From Folioceros fuciformis (taxonomy: Eukaryota): a DNA stretch of 44,682 bases. A program made the translations under genes and the position numbers. Location of the stretch: NCBI GenBank assembly GCA_049999805.1, contig JBNGIO010005753.1, forward strand, positions 1 through 44,682. The letters run 5' to 3'. The notes under the pieces were generated by a model that had not been told where the DNA came from, did no database searches, and was given only the letters and a program-made list of their open reading frames with translations. Below are positions 24,401 through 37,442 of the stretch, one piece after another; the stretch's first letter is position 1; every line of letters starts with the position of its first letter.

Positions 24401-27400
24401 TTTCTTGTTAACAAAAAATCCGCTCTTCTTGTCAGGTGGAAGGGGGTTCTTTAAATGACCCTGCAGTAGAGCAACCTTGCATTGCTGCTATTGGATGTGT
24501 GACGCCGGATTTCTTCAGAGCACTAGATGAATCGGCGCAAGTATGTTACAGAAGCCCTGCATGTCCGTTTATGCAAGGTCGTTTTTACAACACTATATTT
24601 TTTGCTGAAATATCTTCTGTGGTCATCAGGATTCTGTGTTCCAAACACTACTGTCTCTCAGTACAGTTGATTCTGTAGCCATTCGGACAGCATCCCGAGG
24701 AGCTATCTGGAAACTAGATGTACGCTGTCTGACTTTAACAGGTCTCCTGTGGGAATTTCATGTAGTTTGTTGTCCGTGCTATTGGACTCATGGCATGGGT
24801 GGCTCCTTACAGGTCACTGTGAAATGTTTGTCCAAGCACGCATACTACATTGTTGGTGATCAGGTGTCAAAGACTAAGCGTAAAAGGGCAAAGCGTAGAC
24901 CAGGGGATTGTAGCCAGCAAGAAGCTGCCGGAAGTGCAGCCTGGCCTAAACCTGGATTGTTTGTGGCGACTGCTTCTGCCCTGTTGGAGTTTCTCTTTGG
25001 AATGCCAAGCGGGCCTGATAGGTTGATAATCTTCTAGCGAAACCAGCCACTAGCCATTGCTATAATGATCTCAGAAGGCTGATGGAACAGGATTGCTATT
25101 TCTGTTAGTTGCCTGTATGGCATGATTGTGCTTGCAACAGGTGTGCAGGAATAACGTCTTTGTATTGTAATATGCAGGCACGTGCTCCTTGATCCACTTT
25201 TTCTGCTGCTCGGTGAGATAATTACAGAAAAGTGGCCTCCGAGTGATGAATCGGGCGAAGAAGTGGGGGCTGATTCTGCAGCAGAAGACAAGACAGAAGG
25301 ATCTATCATGTCAAGCGTGACTTACGTTGAGCAACTGACAATTATGACACTGGGAAAAATTACTTGCGAGCTTGCGGACAGCCTCAAAGTAAGCTGTGAA
25401 ATTTTTATATGATTTTTACTTGATGCTGTCATTGCAATGTCTTGTAATGAATCGAACGTAAATCTGACTGAATCTTGGCACCAGGACGGAGAGATGTCAT
25501 CAAGATACGATGTAGACCTTATAGTGGACTGTGTCAGCAGAGCTATTGATCCAGTTACGAGAAATCATGCTCTGGCGTTACTGACTGCAGCTGGGAAGTT
25601 GTATCCTCACAGAGTGCTCAGCCATATGATTGACATTGTTTCTGTGATTGGTACATCAGTTGTCACTCAGGTCGGTACTCGGAACTTGATTACTCTTGGT
25701 TGTTATGCTCGCTGCTCATCTCGTCTGCTGCACTGGCATTGGCATTCTCATCACTCTCCGACACTGTCTGTTCCATGGCAGGATGTTACACATTCACATG
25801 AAGTGGTCCATGAAATGCTTGCGACAATTGTTCCAGTTTGGCTTGAGAGCACACAAAGGCCAACTGAGCTTTTTCAGGTCCATTTTGTTGTTGAGCATTA
25901 CTTTCTACTCTGATGGTATGCTTGAGTAAATTGGATCCTCTTTTTGTAGTTTGATGTTCACAGTAGTGTGTTTGCTGCTGTCTGTAGGTGTTTGTTAGTG
26001 CTTTACCACGGGTGCCCACTCATCGCCGCCTTGCGTTAGTTACTAACTTGCTGAGGTACACGTCACAGCTGTGACACCCAAAACTGTTGACGCCTTCAAG
26101 GACCTTAGCGCTATTGCAATTTTTTACGAACATGTTCTGTTGTTATCCTTTGGCTTCTGATAACACTGGGCTGTCCTAAAATTGGCTTACTGTAGGGTTA
26201 TCAAGGTGGAATATGGGTTGAACATCTTTCTTTGGTTACTGGTTCAAGATTTTGTCAGTGCCTCAGCGCTGACCAACGGAGGGAAGCAGAATGAATCACA
26301 AGCAGAAAGTTGGCAATTGAGATTTGCTGCAGAGATCTGTGAGCAGTATGATGTGTTTGTACAGCTGCCAGCTCTTGTGAGGCTACTGGAGTTGTCCCGA
26401 GCCCACGCTGGTGGTGAGAAAATACAAGCAGAAGACTCTAAATCCAAGGCTGCGGAGTTTTGGACATTGCAGCAAACGGCATTAAATCTAGTGGTAGAGC
26501 GACTGCGTGTATCATATTTTCTTCTGTCTGACAATGAAGGCTCATTACAGGTGTGTACCTCTTTTGAATGTGCTTCTTCATTCCTTGAATGTCAAACTGA
26601 TAAGCAGCACTGCACTTTATGTCAGATGAATGTCCCGGTTATTGTGTTATGATCACGCATTCGTGCAACATCTGGAATGCTTGTGCAGGATGCATATGCT
26701 GGACTCCTGGAGCAGGTCCTGCTTCAGTTGCAGTTGGCTGGTAGCTCTGCAGCAATTGCCTTGCATAGTCATAAGCTCAGAAAGAAAGCGCAAGATTCAG
26801 CCTACGTGCTTTTGGATCTTCTTATTGGCTTCATGGCACCCCCTGTTTTTACAAAGAGCATGGCCTCCCTCTTGAAGCATCCTGACACACGAATCCGTCG
26901 CAAGGTAATGGGTTTGCTCTTCAGCTGGATTGGGGTCTCGTCATCCATGCCAGGGCAGTTTTCTTTAAGTTGTAAACCTTTTTTGCAGGTTTTGCGGCTG
27001 TTCACAGCAAAAATGGCTCATCAACTTCAGAAGGGCGGTGACTTGGGTAAAAAAGGCAAAGCTATAAAGGATAAAGGCACTATAACGGAGGTGTGTGATC
27101 TGAAGGACAGTAAGCTTCACAGGACGATGGTCACAGAGATTATGGGGGTGGTTTCTGACACAGGAGAGGAGACATCTCTAAGCACTAAGCATGCTGCCGT
27201 TCTGGCACTTGACATGTACACACAGATATATCAGGGCACCTCCCTTGACGTCTTTCTGTCGTGCTTGCCGACATTGGCTTCACAGTTCAACATGACCAGC
27301 CAGTCAATAGCGCCTGCCGCTGTGAAATGTGTGGCATCCATTTTCAGGTTGCTCGGAGCTCAGGCGATTCCTGCTCTCCCAGATACATTGAAAGAGCTCT

Positions 27401-29198
27401 TCAAAGTATCCCAGGATTTGCAAGCTAAGGCAATGGAGAACTATGAGACCAACAGCAGTGACGGTGTTTTCAAGATATGCGTAGCCATCCTCGAAGCATT
27501 TCAGGCTCTCGTTGAGAAGCTGCCTTTCTACTTGGGTCCGTATCTTGCAGATATTGTGGGGGTTGTATTGTTGCAGGAAAGTTTCATAAGGTCACCAAAC
27601 GTGGAAGTTGCAGAACGTGCCAAAGCTTTGAGGAGTCTACTTCCAGATAAAGTACCGGTAATGAAAAATGCCTCTTGATCCCGTTGTTGTATTGCGGCAC
27701 ATGTGAGGAGAAGGGCGTGTTTGTGTTTCTGACAGCGATGGTATGGAATTACGTGGGCAGGCTCGGCTGTTACTGGATCCCCTGATCAGTTCATACGAAA
27801 AGGCTATACTTGCTGGGGAAGTGTCCACTTCGGGCCTTTTCCAGATGGTTGCTCAATTGGCGTCCAAATTGGACAAGGAATCACTAGCCTTGTACCATGT
27901 CAAGATATTCAATCTTTGCATTACAGGCTTGGATTTGCGCCGAAGGGTGCCTTCAACATTTTCATCCATCAACAACGTGGAAGCTGACGTGGTGAGGGCG
28001 CTTGTGGCTCTTGTAATGAAGCTGGGGGAGAGCACGTTTAGACCACTGTTCGTCAGGACTATGGAGTGGGCAAACAGTATATCAGGTGACGGCGAAGGGG
28101 ATGGCACGGGGTACAATGTGTATCGGAGCATTTCTTTCTTCAGACTGGTGAACGAACTAGCTGACAAGCTCAGGTTCGAACTAATGGCCATCCCCCAGTT
28201 CGGATGCGCTTGAGTAAAAGTCTGTGATGTTTATGATTATTCCTCTTGTAAAGACTGTTGCTGAGCTTTGTTGCGTTAGCATCTCTGGAGTCAGGGAGCT
28301 CACTTGACCTTTTGTTGCAGGTCTGTGTTTGTCCCGTACTTCAAATACTTCCTGGACGGATGTGTCCACCACCTCAATCTTGGCAAGCAGGCGGAGGAGC
28401 AGGAGGCACCAAAGGCAAAGAAGAGACGGAAACAAGAGTCTCCTGCGACTCTGTCACCTTCTGAATGGCACGTTAGAGTGCTGGTGGTTCGATCGCTCCA
28501 GAAGTGTTTTCTCTATGATACTGTATCGTTTTTGGATGCCGCAAGGTTTCAGGTAGCTCCCACCTCTGGCCTAGTTATGTCATTTCAGAAATACTGGAGT
28601 ATACGCGGCTTGGCGTGGCGTGGTGCATCCATCACTCACTGCGTCATGTCGTTTACAGCTCCTGCTCAAGCCTTTGGTAGCGCAACTGGGAGTGGTAGCT
28701 CCCAGAAGTGCGTCGGACAATTCAGATGATGGAGATGGATGCTCCCTTCAGGGGCTTGAGATGCCTACGGAGAAGGAAATGGATGAAGTGGTGGTATCTT
28801 GCTTAGGTCAAATGGCGTTGGCAGCTGGGACGGACCTGGTTTGGCAGCAACTGAACCATGAGGTATGACGGCGGTCTCCTTCATTGCCGACCACCATGCC
28901 TGTCGCTTTCTTCCTTCGGCACTCTGTGTCTGGTTTTTCAGCTTTCGTGCTGTTTGTGCCGCAGGTTCTGATGAAAACCCGTAGCGATGACGTGCGCACG
29001 CGTCTGCTGGCGCTGGAAGTGATCAAGTTCTTGGTACAACGGTTGCGGGAGGAATATCTGGTGCTGCTCCCCGAGACGATCCAATTTCTGGCCGAGCTTC
29101 TAGAAGACAGCCAGCTTACGGTGGTCGCCCAGGCTCAGGAGCTGGTGAAGCTGCTGGAGGAGCTGAGCGGCGAAGACCTGAAACAGCATTTGTGCTAA
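18405..29198 (+). CDS. UTP10: U3 snoRNA-associated protein 10 / HEAT repeat-containing protein 1 (BAP28), about 39 coding exons
   Basis: Exon 1 (18405-18558) MATSLSAQLQ...RPSLFFDPVQAADTDLQTIFSIALE; exon 2 (18633-18846) LEYLIRRY; exon 3 (18960-19055) VHVRNVDQVMACVLPFHET; BP28CT-like KLGESTFRPLFVRTMEWA near 28020; C-terminus EEYLVLLPETIQFLAELLED...LSGEDLKQHLC*. Short GT-AG introns (about 70-180 nt). Internal exon boundaries were read manually and are approximate. Confidence 0.95.
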
Positions 29199-30249
29199 CG
29201 GGCGAAGCAATGCTAGGCCGTTCACGACCAATTTTGATCCGTAGGTGCGGGACCAGCGTTGTATTCTTCCAAAGCCCTCATGCATGTGTGTGAGAGGGTA
29301 GAGTAAAGCAAAGCTTAGCGGCCGCGTGGTCCGTGTGGTCAAACCAAGGTACCACACGTCTACGGGCTACAGCTGCTAGATGCGTGTCTGTGATGCATGC
29401 ACAGAAAGGTGGAGCAGACAGACAAGGTGGCAGGCAGGCATAGCGAGGTAGAGGAGCCTGTAGTGGGAGCTGACGCCAGTGCAGTACACGAAGGCCCAGA
29501 GCTGATTGCACGGGGAAGCTGAGAAACGGGGGAAAGCATGATGGGAAGGCTCTTCCTCGCAGTTGGCGCCTGGATGGTTGTCAGAAAAGGATGCACTACA
29601 GCGCCAGTCGTAACGGGCCGGGCCCGGAACCCGTCTGCTCCAGTGCTTGCCACTAGCACCTGGTTGTATGGCCTGTACAAAGACGTCCGGGGTTTTGCCC
29701 GGCCAGAGTCGACTTTTGCTCAGGCCAGAGCAGGACATGGACTCTGTGGACGAGATGTAGTCAGTGTCTAGCCCTGGATTCTGACTTGCACATTGTCCAT
29801 AGCTCATCGTCCAGGGCACGTTGCCGCTCCCTGACAAAGCGTGGGTACGCTGCTGGTCAGTCCACTGCGTTCGGCCTTGGCAGAGACTCGTCTGTTCGTG
29901 GTCCTGGGCGTGCTCCTGGGTGACTCCTTTGGACTGTATGTAGACTGAAGGTACCTCAGATGGTTTCCGGTTGGACAGACCGACGGCAGGTTTTGGTGCA
30001 GTTGCACTGCCCGCGGGATGCAAATTCTGCATTGTTAATTTTACACTAGCTTGGCCTATTTCGAAACATGAATCTTTTATGCCGCTTGTGGAAGGAACCG
30101 GCTCCCAAACGACATGTTTCGCACAGATCGTACTGTTCCCTGAGCATTCTTTGTTGCAGTAACGTGTAGTCTGTGGTGTAGGGGTGGATTGTTGTCCACT
30201 ATTTTGCTAGTTCACGTGCCCGGATGGCCCCAATCCTGGCGCCTGGCGC

Positions 30250-30470
30250 TTGTGGTGTTGGGATTTTGAGTTCGTGTTGTGGAGATGTGGAGTCCATGTG
30301 GTGTTGAGATTTGGGGTGTTGGTGGGGCTGGCACTCCATTCTATATGATGGTGATGTTGAGGATTTGAGAGAGTTGTGGTGTTGAGATTGTTGTGAGCAC
30401 GTAGGTGTTTAGGTCTATAGGTTTGCGGTGTGTTGGGATTTGATGCCCTGCGGTGGTGATGGGATTCACT
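30250..30470. repeat. Degenerate reiteration of a GTGGTGTTGRGATTT motif (about 6-7 copies)
   Basis: Copies near 30252, 30298, 30351, 30376, 30428 and 30454. Confidence 0.55.
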
Positions 30471-31062
30471 CCCGCGCTGGTTACCTAAAAGCGAGAAAGC
30501 ATGGGGTAGTTTGAGAAGGAGACGAGAGCAGGACGATCCCACCCCAAACGTACATACGTGTATACATGCATGTAATGTACATATGTCCGGGAATGGATTA
30601 TTATTAGATGCTCATAGCCGGTAGGTATGTCAGGGATGCAAGGGAAGGAGAAAATTTGTCCGCGAGGGGGAGGGATGGAAGCTGGCACCTGGGACCTCGG
30701 TGTGGTCACGGGGGTGGAACCTGGGAAGCACCTTCAACGTGTTGCCTTGCGGCACGAGCAGGGCCCCGGCTTTGGCAGCTTCCTGGAGCCCATGGGCCCG
30801 GCTGGGCAGTGCGCAGGCCAGGCCGCCCACTGCGCCAATCTGGAGCGGCCAATGACGGAAGGCAGAGTGGGCGAGAGTGAGAGACTCGAGACGCAGACGC
30901 CCTCGTTTCATCAGCTCCTGGGATGCTGTTATCCGGATGCCGGACCATAGCCGGCAATGGCATGGGATCGTCGGTCAGCCCCCGGGTTCGGACAAGCGCA
31001 CCGACACGTGGTGAGTGCGATGGGGAGTGCGGAATCGTCGGGATACGGGATTTTCCAGACGG

Positions 31063-31163
31063 GGACGCAGACGGAGACGGAGACGCAGACGCAGGTGCAG
31101 ACGCCCGAGCCCAAGCCCAAGCTCACGCCCACGCCCACGCCCAAGCTCACGCCCACGCCCACG
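31063..31163. repeat. Compound hexamer microsatellite (GACGSA)n then (CCCAMG)n
   Basis: Read directly. Confidence 0.8.
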
Positions 31164-34100
31164 CGGGCCTGTAGAACACGCGCTCAGCTCACGCAGCACC
31201 GTCGTTAACTTGATGTGCGTGTGCTCGGGCTTCTTGTTCGGATATCCGTCCACAGCGATGGACCGGCGTGAGCAGTGGTGTCCCTGCTCCTAGACAGTCC
31301 CGACTGCCGTGTGTATGGAGCGTACACCATCGCTGCAATGCTCTGCACTGCAAAAGACCACCTTCCTCCTGCATTATACAGTCGCTGCACAGGCTTTTTA
31401 CCAGCGTTGGGGCCCTTGGGGGACCAGTGGCTGGCGTGTGCAACCACTTGGGTCGTGGTGACTGGTGGGTGGTCACCGGGTGGTCGTGGGCGGGAGACAG
31501 GGATGGTGGGTCTCACCAACTGTTCATGGAGGGAGGGAGGAGAGGAGGAGGGAGGAGAAGAGAGGAGGAAGGAGGAGTGACGAGTTAAAGGCGGACACGA
31601 GGTGAGCGACGCAGTAACGCAGGCAACACCCCAAGTCAACTGGACAGATGCTGCTAGAGGAGCTGGAGCTATGATACGTAATGGCACCTCAGGCTCTGAC
31701 ACAGAGGAGGAAGGCAGGATGATTGCCCAGATCTCCAACCGGCGCTCAATCCGGCGGCTTCCTTCAACCGTAACCCAGTCTCGCCACAGTAATGGCGCGC
31801 TCGTACTTTCCCGCATTTACATGTACATACATACACACAAGCATGCATGCATGCAGTGGCTTGGGCTGGGGCTGTGGCTGTGGCTGTGGGCTGGTTAAGG
31901 AAAGCAAGGGTAGTCTTGTCAACGCGCGGGAAAGGGCTGGAGGTCGAGGCAGATCCGGCACCGCCTGGGGAGGCGCGCTGGATCGATATCTTTCCTCCCC
32001 ACCCCCAAGAGCTGCGTCTTCAGTGTTCGTGGATGCAGCGCGGGGGAGGAATTCATGAGCAAATCCTGGTTCGCATGATTACGGCGTGTAAAGCGTGTTT
32101 AGTGGCGGGAGTGAGGAACGTACCGGACGTAATGCGAGGTGGAGGCTGGAGGCTGGGTGGAGCAGAGCAGAGCAGTGCGGTGGAGTGCGGTGGAGTGCAG
32201 TGCAGTGCAGGTCAGGCCGGAGCGCAGGGCATGCCCATGATCGGAATCCACACATCCCGAGCGTTATGAGAGGAGCTGGCACCTGGTAGACCGGTCCGAC
32301 TCCCTCTCCTGCCTCGCAAATGCGTCCATCCAGGTCGGTCCCGCTGCCGTTGCCGCTGCCGTCTGCTGCGGGCCGCGCCACATGAGCCAGTAAGCTCAGC
32401 CAACAGAAAGATTTGGTACCCACCAATGGCGTCCCCCCGCGCTTCGCTGGCCTCTGCCATGCCGTACCCCTCAACCCTGCCCACTGCCTGGCTAGCCGGA
32501 AGGGACGCTCGGGCCGAGTAGGGTGGGGTAGGCTACGGCACCGTTGCGTAGGGTAGGGTTGTAGGCTGGCCTGTTGCTCCATTGTGAACGGGACGTCGGT
32601 CACGGACGGTGCTTGAAGCTACTGTATGCACACGGGCATCACCCAATCTGATTATGAGCAAGCCCTGCTGCAGTGCAGATCGATTAGCCTTTGACTGACA
32701 ATGTCTGTCCAAGGCATCGATGTTCTCGAGTGAGAAAGTGCAGCAAGCTTCTTGCACGAACGATGTAGACTAGACTAGACAAGACTAGACCATACACACC
32801 AGCCACTGCCCCATGTGCTGCGTCTTCTGCTCCCAAGGGACTGTACACTGAGGAGATAGATGCAGTAGCGCCCTTTTCCTTCGCTGATCCTGGTCCTGGT
32901 CCTGGTCCTGGGTCTGGTTCAGCAGTGGGAAAACTACTGCACGGCACTCCTCGATCGGCTGTACGCTTCTGGGGACATGCACAAACTCCAACTTTCTACT
33001 GTTTCCTTTCCTCCTCGATCGACATATGCAACAGGACGGGACGTCGGGGATCGATATGTACACGTACATGGAAAGGTGTACATGTGATATCTGGTCTGGT
33101 GCTGCTGTTGCCCATGTACATACTGTATACTGTAATAACATAATCATGCCTAGATGTATACTGCGTATGGCGTAGTGCACGCTTGTCCGGGACCCTGGGT
33201 CCGGGGCAGACGCAAGGGTGGATGCCTGCAGGATGGGCACACAGGCTTCGGCTTCGGCTTCGGAAACTGGATCCGGAGATGGGGCGGCAGTGCGCAGGGC
33301 TACTGCTACTGCTGCCTGGCTGCAGGCGGCAGACTCAGAATGCGAGCCAGGCTAGCTAGGACTAAAGGCTGGAGCCATCCCACCCCTAACGCCTGCGAGA
33401 CGAAGAGGCAGATGATGTACAAGAGGCAGGCAGGCAGGCATGGTGCGGCAGCACACTAACCACGTACCAGTACCGCAGGCGCCTGCCTGGCCCCAAGTTG
33501 CATCATCAGAGAGAACGGGGCCGCGGGGAACTGTGGACTCGTGTCCCCAGGCAAGGCTCCGTCTGATCGGCCCACACGAGTGTGAGAGGAGAGATGACAA
33601 CAGGTGTGCCTTCGAAGATCCCCTTGCCGATGTGCACTGCAGCAGCAGGAGGCTTGCAAGGCAGCGCCAGCTTAAGGCAGGTGCTGGCTTGCCTTTTCAG
33701 TGTGCTAGGGTACTGGAGGGAGAGCACGCAGGGCAGCGGCAGTGGGAGCGGGAGCAGGAGCAGGAGGAGCGGCAGGAGCAGCAGCAGCAGGATTTTAAGT
33801 GGCCAGGAGGCCCAGCAGGGTGCAGTGCAGTGGAGTGTACATGGGCAGAGCAAAAGCTTGTGTGGGGTCTGGAAAGCGGGGTCCTCTCGTCTCGTCTCGT
33901 CTAGTCTCAGCACCTCTGGTACCGTGCACAGGCCCCTTTCTTACAATTTGTATTCAGTGTATCCAGCCCTGGAATACACATATTTTAGGACTGGATATTT
34001 GTCTTGTGTATTGCGTCCCGGACCTGGCCGCCCATCTTCCAATTGCCCATCCAAGCGAGTGCAGCGGATGGACAATAAAATAAAGGAAAGCTGTGCAGGG

Positions 34101-35681
34101 AATCGGGGACCCACAGCTGCGTTCCTCTTGGCATGGAGCTGCCCGAACAGGAAGCTATTATTATAGCCCTGCACCTCCTAATGAGCCTGCTGTGAGGTGT
34201 GTGTGGGCTCTGCTGCTGCTGCTGCTGCTGCTGCCCACGGCTAGCTGCGACAATCGATATGGTTTATTTAATACTCCAGCCTCTCCCACTATGTGTATAC
34301 AGCAGTATTCCATTTGGAGCCACATGAGCGCTGGCGCTCATATAAATGCTTGCTGCGTGCACCAGTCCCTGCAGGCTCTCCGCAGAAAGGAAGTGTTTAA
34401 GTGAGCCAACGCTCGAGACGGGGCAACAATAATGTCCGGTCGCCTCTGCCACATTTACATGTGCCAAGCGTGCAGTGCGCTCCATCTTTCTGTACATTAC
34501 ATACCCTTTGTGTATATTTCCGAATGGCTGTGATCATCACCCACCGCACTGCACTGCACTGCACCGCCCTGGGCCGTGCACGGAAGCAGTAGTAAAGTAC
34601 TGCACTCCCACCTCTCCATCCCATCTCCTCTCCTCTGCTGTCCAGGCTCTGTCCTCGACCAACTGAGCCTCGGAGTCCACATTTTCCCTGCTCACATATC
34701 AGATAAGCCCTTCCTCCACCTCGCTTCCTTGCTGCCTGCCTGGCCTGCCGGCTTGCCTGCCTGCCTGTCCGCCCGCCTTGAAGATGGAATTTGTCTGGCT
34801 ATGGCCGTGTCCCCTTTTCGCCTTTCTTCACACCTGCTATTACTCATTAGCATATCTTGCCTCGTGCTGTGCATCATTTCTAGGTGGCATGCACTCGTAC
34901 CCCCGTACTTGTGTGAGACAAGTATTTGCTCTCCTCTTCTCTTCTCGTCTCTTCTCCTCTCAGCGGATGGAGGGAGGGAGGGATGCAGGGAGGCGGAGAG
35001 GATGCGTTGTTGTTCATAAAAGAGTGTTTAGATACTAACTAACCGAGAGCAGTTCCAGAGGGCGGTGGATCCTGTTCCCCGAGGGAAGTTACACTGGCAT
35101 CCCAAGCCCATAATGGTAGACAAATAACCCATATCGGTCGCGGGAAGTCCGTGCCCAGTTCCAACCGTGTCGATATTATATTAAACCGAGTTACGAGGTT
35201 TCTTAAAATTCATGCTAGGAAAGACTCTTGTACCTATGTCGGGTTGACCATGCATGTGTATGTCGGAAGTTGGGGCAGGAGATCCATGGGGCATGTAGGA
35301 TATGAGAAGTGGCGATGGCGTGTGCGCTGTGGAGTGGGTCAAGCGCAGTCAAGCATCCGAGGCCAAAGGCGGGCCGCGGCCGAGGGAGGAGAGAGCTGGC
35401 AAGCAAAGGCGAAGGCGAAGGCGCGGGGCGATGTGGCTGTGGGTCTGGGCGGGGTCCTCTGGGACCTGTAGGAGAGCAGAGCCTGAGCCCGGTCACGTGG
35501 GCAGGCCAGAATCATACGCCTTTGCCCACCAACCACCGGCTGGTCAGCTTTTGACACGTCCCCGCCACAACCGGGTGGAGCTGCTTCCATTCCTGCATGC
35601 GATCCGGGCTGGGGCAGGCCATGGACTGGCCCCACCACCCTCTTTCCTTTCCGACCACCGGCAGGCCATGGGCCAGAGCGC

Positions 35682-35745
35682 CCAGCCCCAGCCAAGTCCC
35701 ATCCCAGCCCAGCCCAGCCCAGCCCAGCCCAGCCCAGCCCAGCCC
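35682..35745. repeat. (CCCAG)n pentamer microsatellite
   Basis: At least 7 perfect units from 35703. Confidence 0.9.
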
Positions 35746-36953
35746 GTTCTGCATCTCAGCTGGTCGCGCCGGAGGCTAAGGCTGAGGCGGAGGCGCATGC
35801 GGAGCCGGAGCAGAAGCCGGAAGCCCGGGGCCCGTACCTTGGAAGCAGCCGCCCTGGGGCCTACACTGCGTGTCTGAACGAACGGAAGGAAGGAAGTGAG
35901 GACGGATGGAAGCAAGCAGGGCGGGGGCACGGCAGGCTCGGGCCCGGCTCCCCATTATTACCGTTCCTTCTCTTGGCGCGCCTTGTTTACATTATCCACG
36001 AATCCATTTGGAGACGAGGTGTTTAGGCCGGCTCTCTTCTAGAAGGTCCAGGCTCTAAAGCCAAGCGCGAAGACGAGGCGGACAGCGTGAGCGCGTTCCT
36101 CGCTCCCCCCCCTTACTGCCTCCGGAATTCGGATTCCTCCTCCTTGGTCGACCATGAATACGAAAACATACAAAACAGATCGAGCCTGTTCATGAGAGGC
36201 GAGCATATATGTAACGGCCACTTCCATATGTCAAACGCCACTGTACTAAGCGCACCAATGGAAGCGCATAGCTGTCTCATCTCCACAGCCCACCGATTCG
36301 ATTCCGGGATTTCGCGTTATGGCTCCGCTCCGCAATGCGGACTACGGCAACAGTGGTACAAGTAGCAGAGGCAAGGGCCCACTGGAAGCCAATCATGCTC
36401 TCCGCTTCATCACCGCACTCCCTCCGGCCCCCCAGAATCAGCTACAGGGCTGCCCCGAGCCCCCGAGCCCCCGAGCCCCCGACCCCAGCCATGCCCAGCC
36501 AAGCCAAGCCCAGCCGAGGCCAGCCCAGCCCAGGTGATGAGGATGCTGTCTGGTCTCCACAAGCTGGGAGCCTCCCCCCAAAACTCGCGCATATACTCAT
36601 ACTCTATTTTCTGGTCCCCGAACCCCCTATTTCCATTTCCATTTCCGTCCTCCGCCCCCAGGTCCACTTAATACAAAATATGCTTCGTGTCCAGACATTC
36701 TGCTGGGCCTGGCTACTGCGAAGTGCGGGAGCGTGAGTTGCTTGTCATGACGAGGGAGATGCTCCGACCATGGCGCAGGCGGCTCCGACTCCGGCCTTTT
36801 GTAGCTCTGCGCTTCGCTGCTCTCAAGAAGCCGAATAATAGAAAACAAAGAGGGTGTGGGCCGCTGTGGGCATTGGCAAATGATGATGTAACCTGCACTC
36901 AAAATGTGTACAAAGCTGCCCGAATCTTCACCCTGGAGCCTGGCCAGTTACTT

Positions 36954-37170
36954 GCACTGCCACTGGCACTGGCCCTGGCCCTGGCACTGGCACTGGCACT
37001 GGCACTGGCCTGATCCTGGCACAGCCCTACCCCGCCCTGCCCTGGCCCTGCCCTGCCCTGGCACTGGCCCTGGCCCTGGCCCTGGCCCGATGCCAGCCTT
37101 AGAAGGCATCTTCTGTCGGCAAGGCCACGCCACGCCACGCCAAGCCATGGCCACGCCACCCCCACGCCAT
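36954..37170. repeat. Compound (GGCACT/GGCCCT)n, (GCCCT)n and (GCCAC)n microsatellites
   Basis: Read directly. Confidence 0.85.
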
Positions 37171-37329
37171 CGCCCGGGCCCGTCCACCACGTTTCCTCGG
37201 CTGCCTCTCCCTTCAGCCTCCCAGTCACCCTGCTCCTCCTTTCCCTTCTCCCTCCATGGTCACTCACCGTCACCCTCGACACATGGGCTGCATGCCAAGC
37301 TTATCCCACTCGCCTAGCCTCGTTTCTAG

Positions 37330-37442
37330 ACTGCGCTTCCTACGATTCGCAAATTCAGCTTCTACGATTTGTAAACTGCGCTTCCTACGATTCACAAATT
37401 GCGCTTCCTATGATTCGCAAGCAGCACTTCCTGCGATTCGCA
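37330..37442. repeat. Tandem minisatellite, 5 x ~23 bp (ACTGCGCTTCCTACGATTCGCAA)
   Basis: Units start at 37330, 37353, 37375, 37398 and 37421. Confidence 0.9.

Noticed and set aside
19122-29026. Minus-strand ORFs within UTP10 (e.g. 22830-23345, 27853-28191)
   Set aside because: Antisense shadows of exons with no motifs.
29376-30032. 218-aa minus-strand ORF convergent with UTP10
   Set aside because: No recognisable domain, overlapping ORFs in several frames, and GC-rich context make a chance ORF likely.
31085-31105. miR530/1030-like sequence on the minus strand
   Set aside because: Part of a hexamer repeat, with no precursor hairpin.
30608-37317. Many overlapping 60-200-aa ORFs, including a signal-peptide-like MAVSPFRLSSHLLLL at 34801
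   Set aside because: They arise from high GC and microsatellites; the translations are low-complexity with no conserved peptide motif.
37330-37442. CRISPR-like appearance of the 23-bp array
   Set aside because: Head-to-tail repeats with no unique spacers, eukaryotic context and no cas genes.
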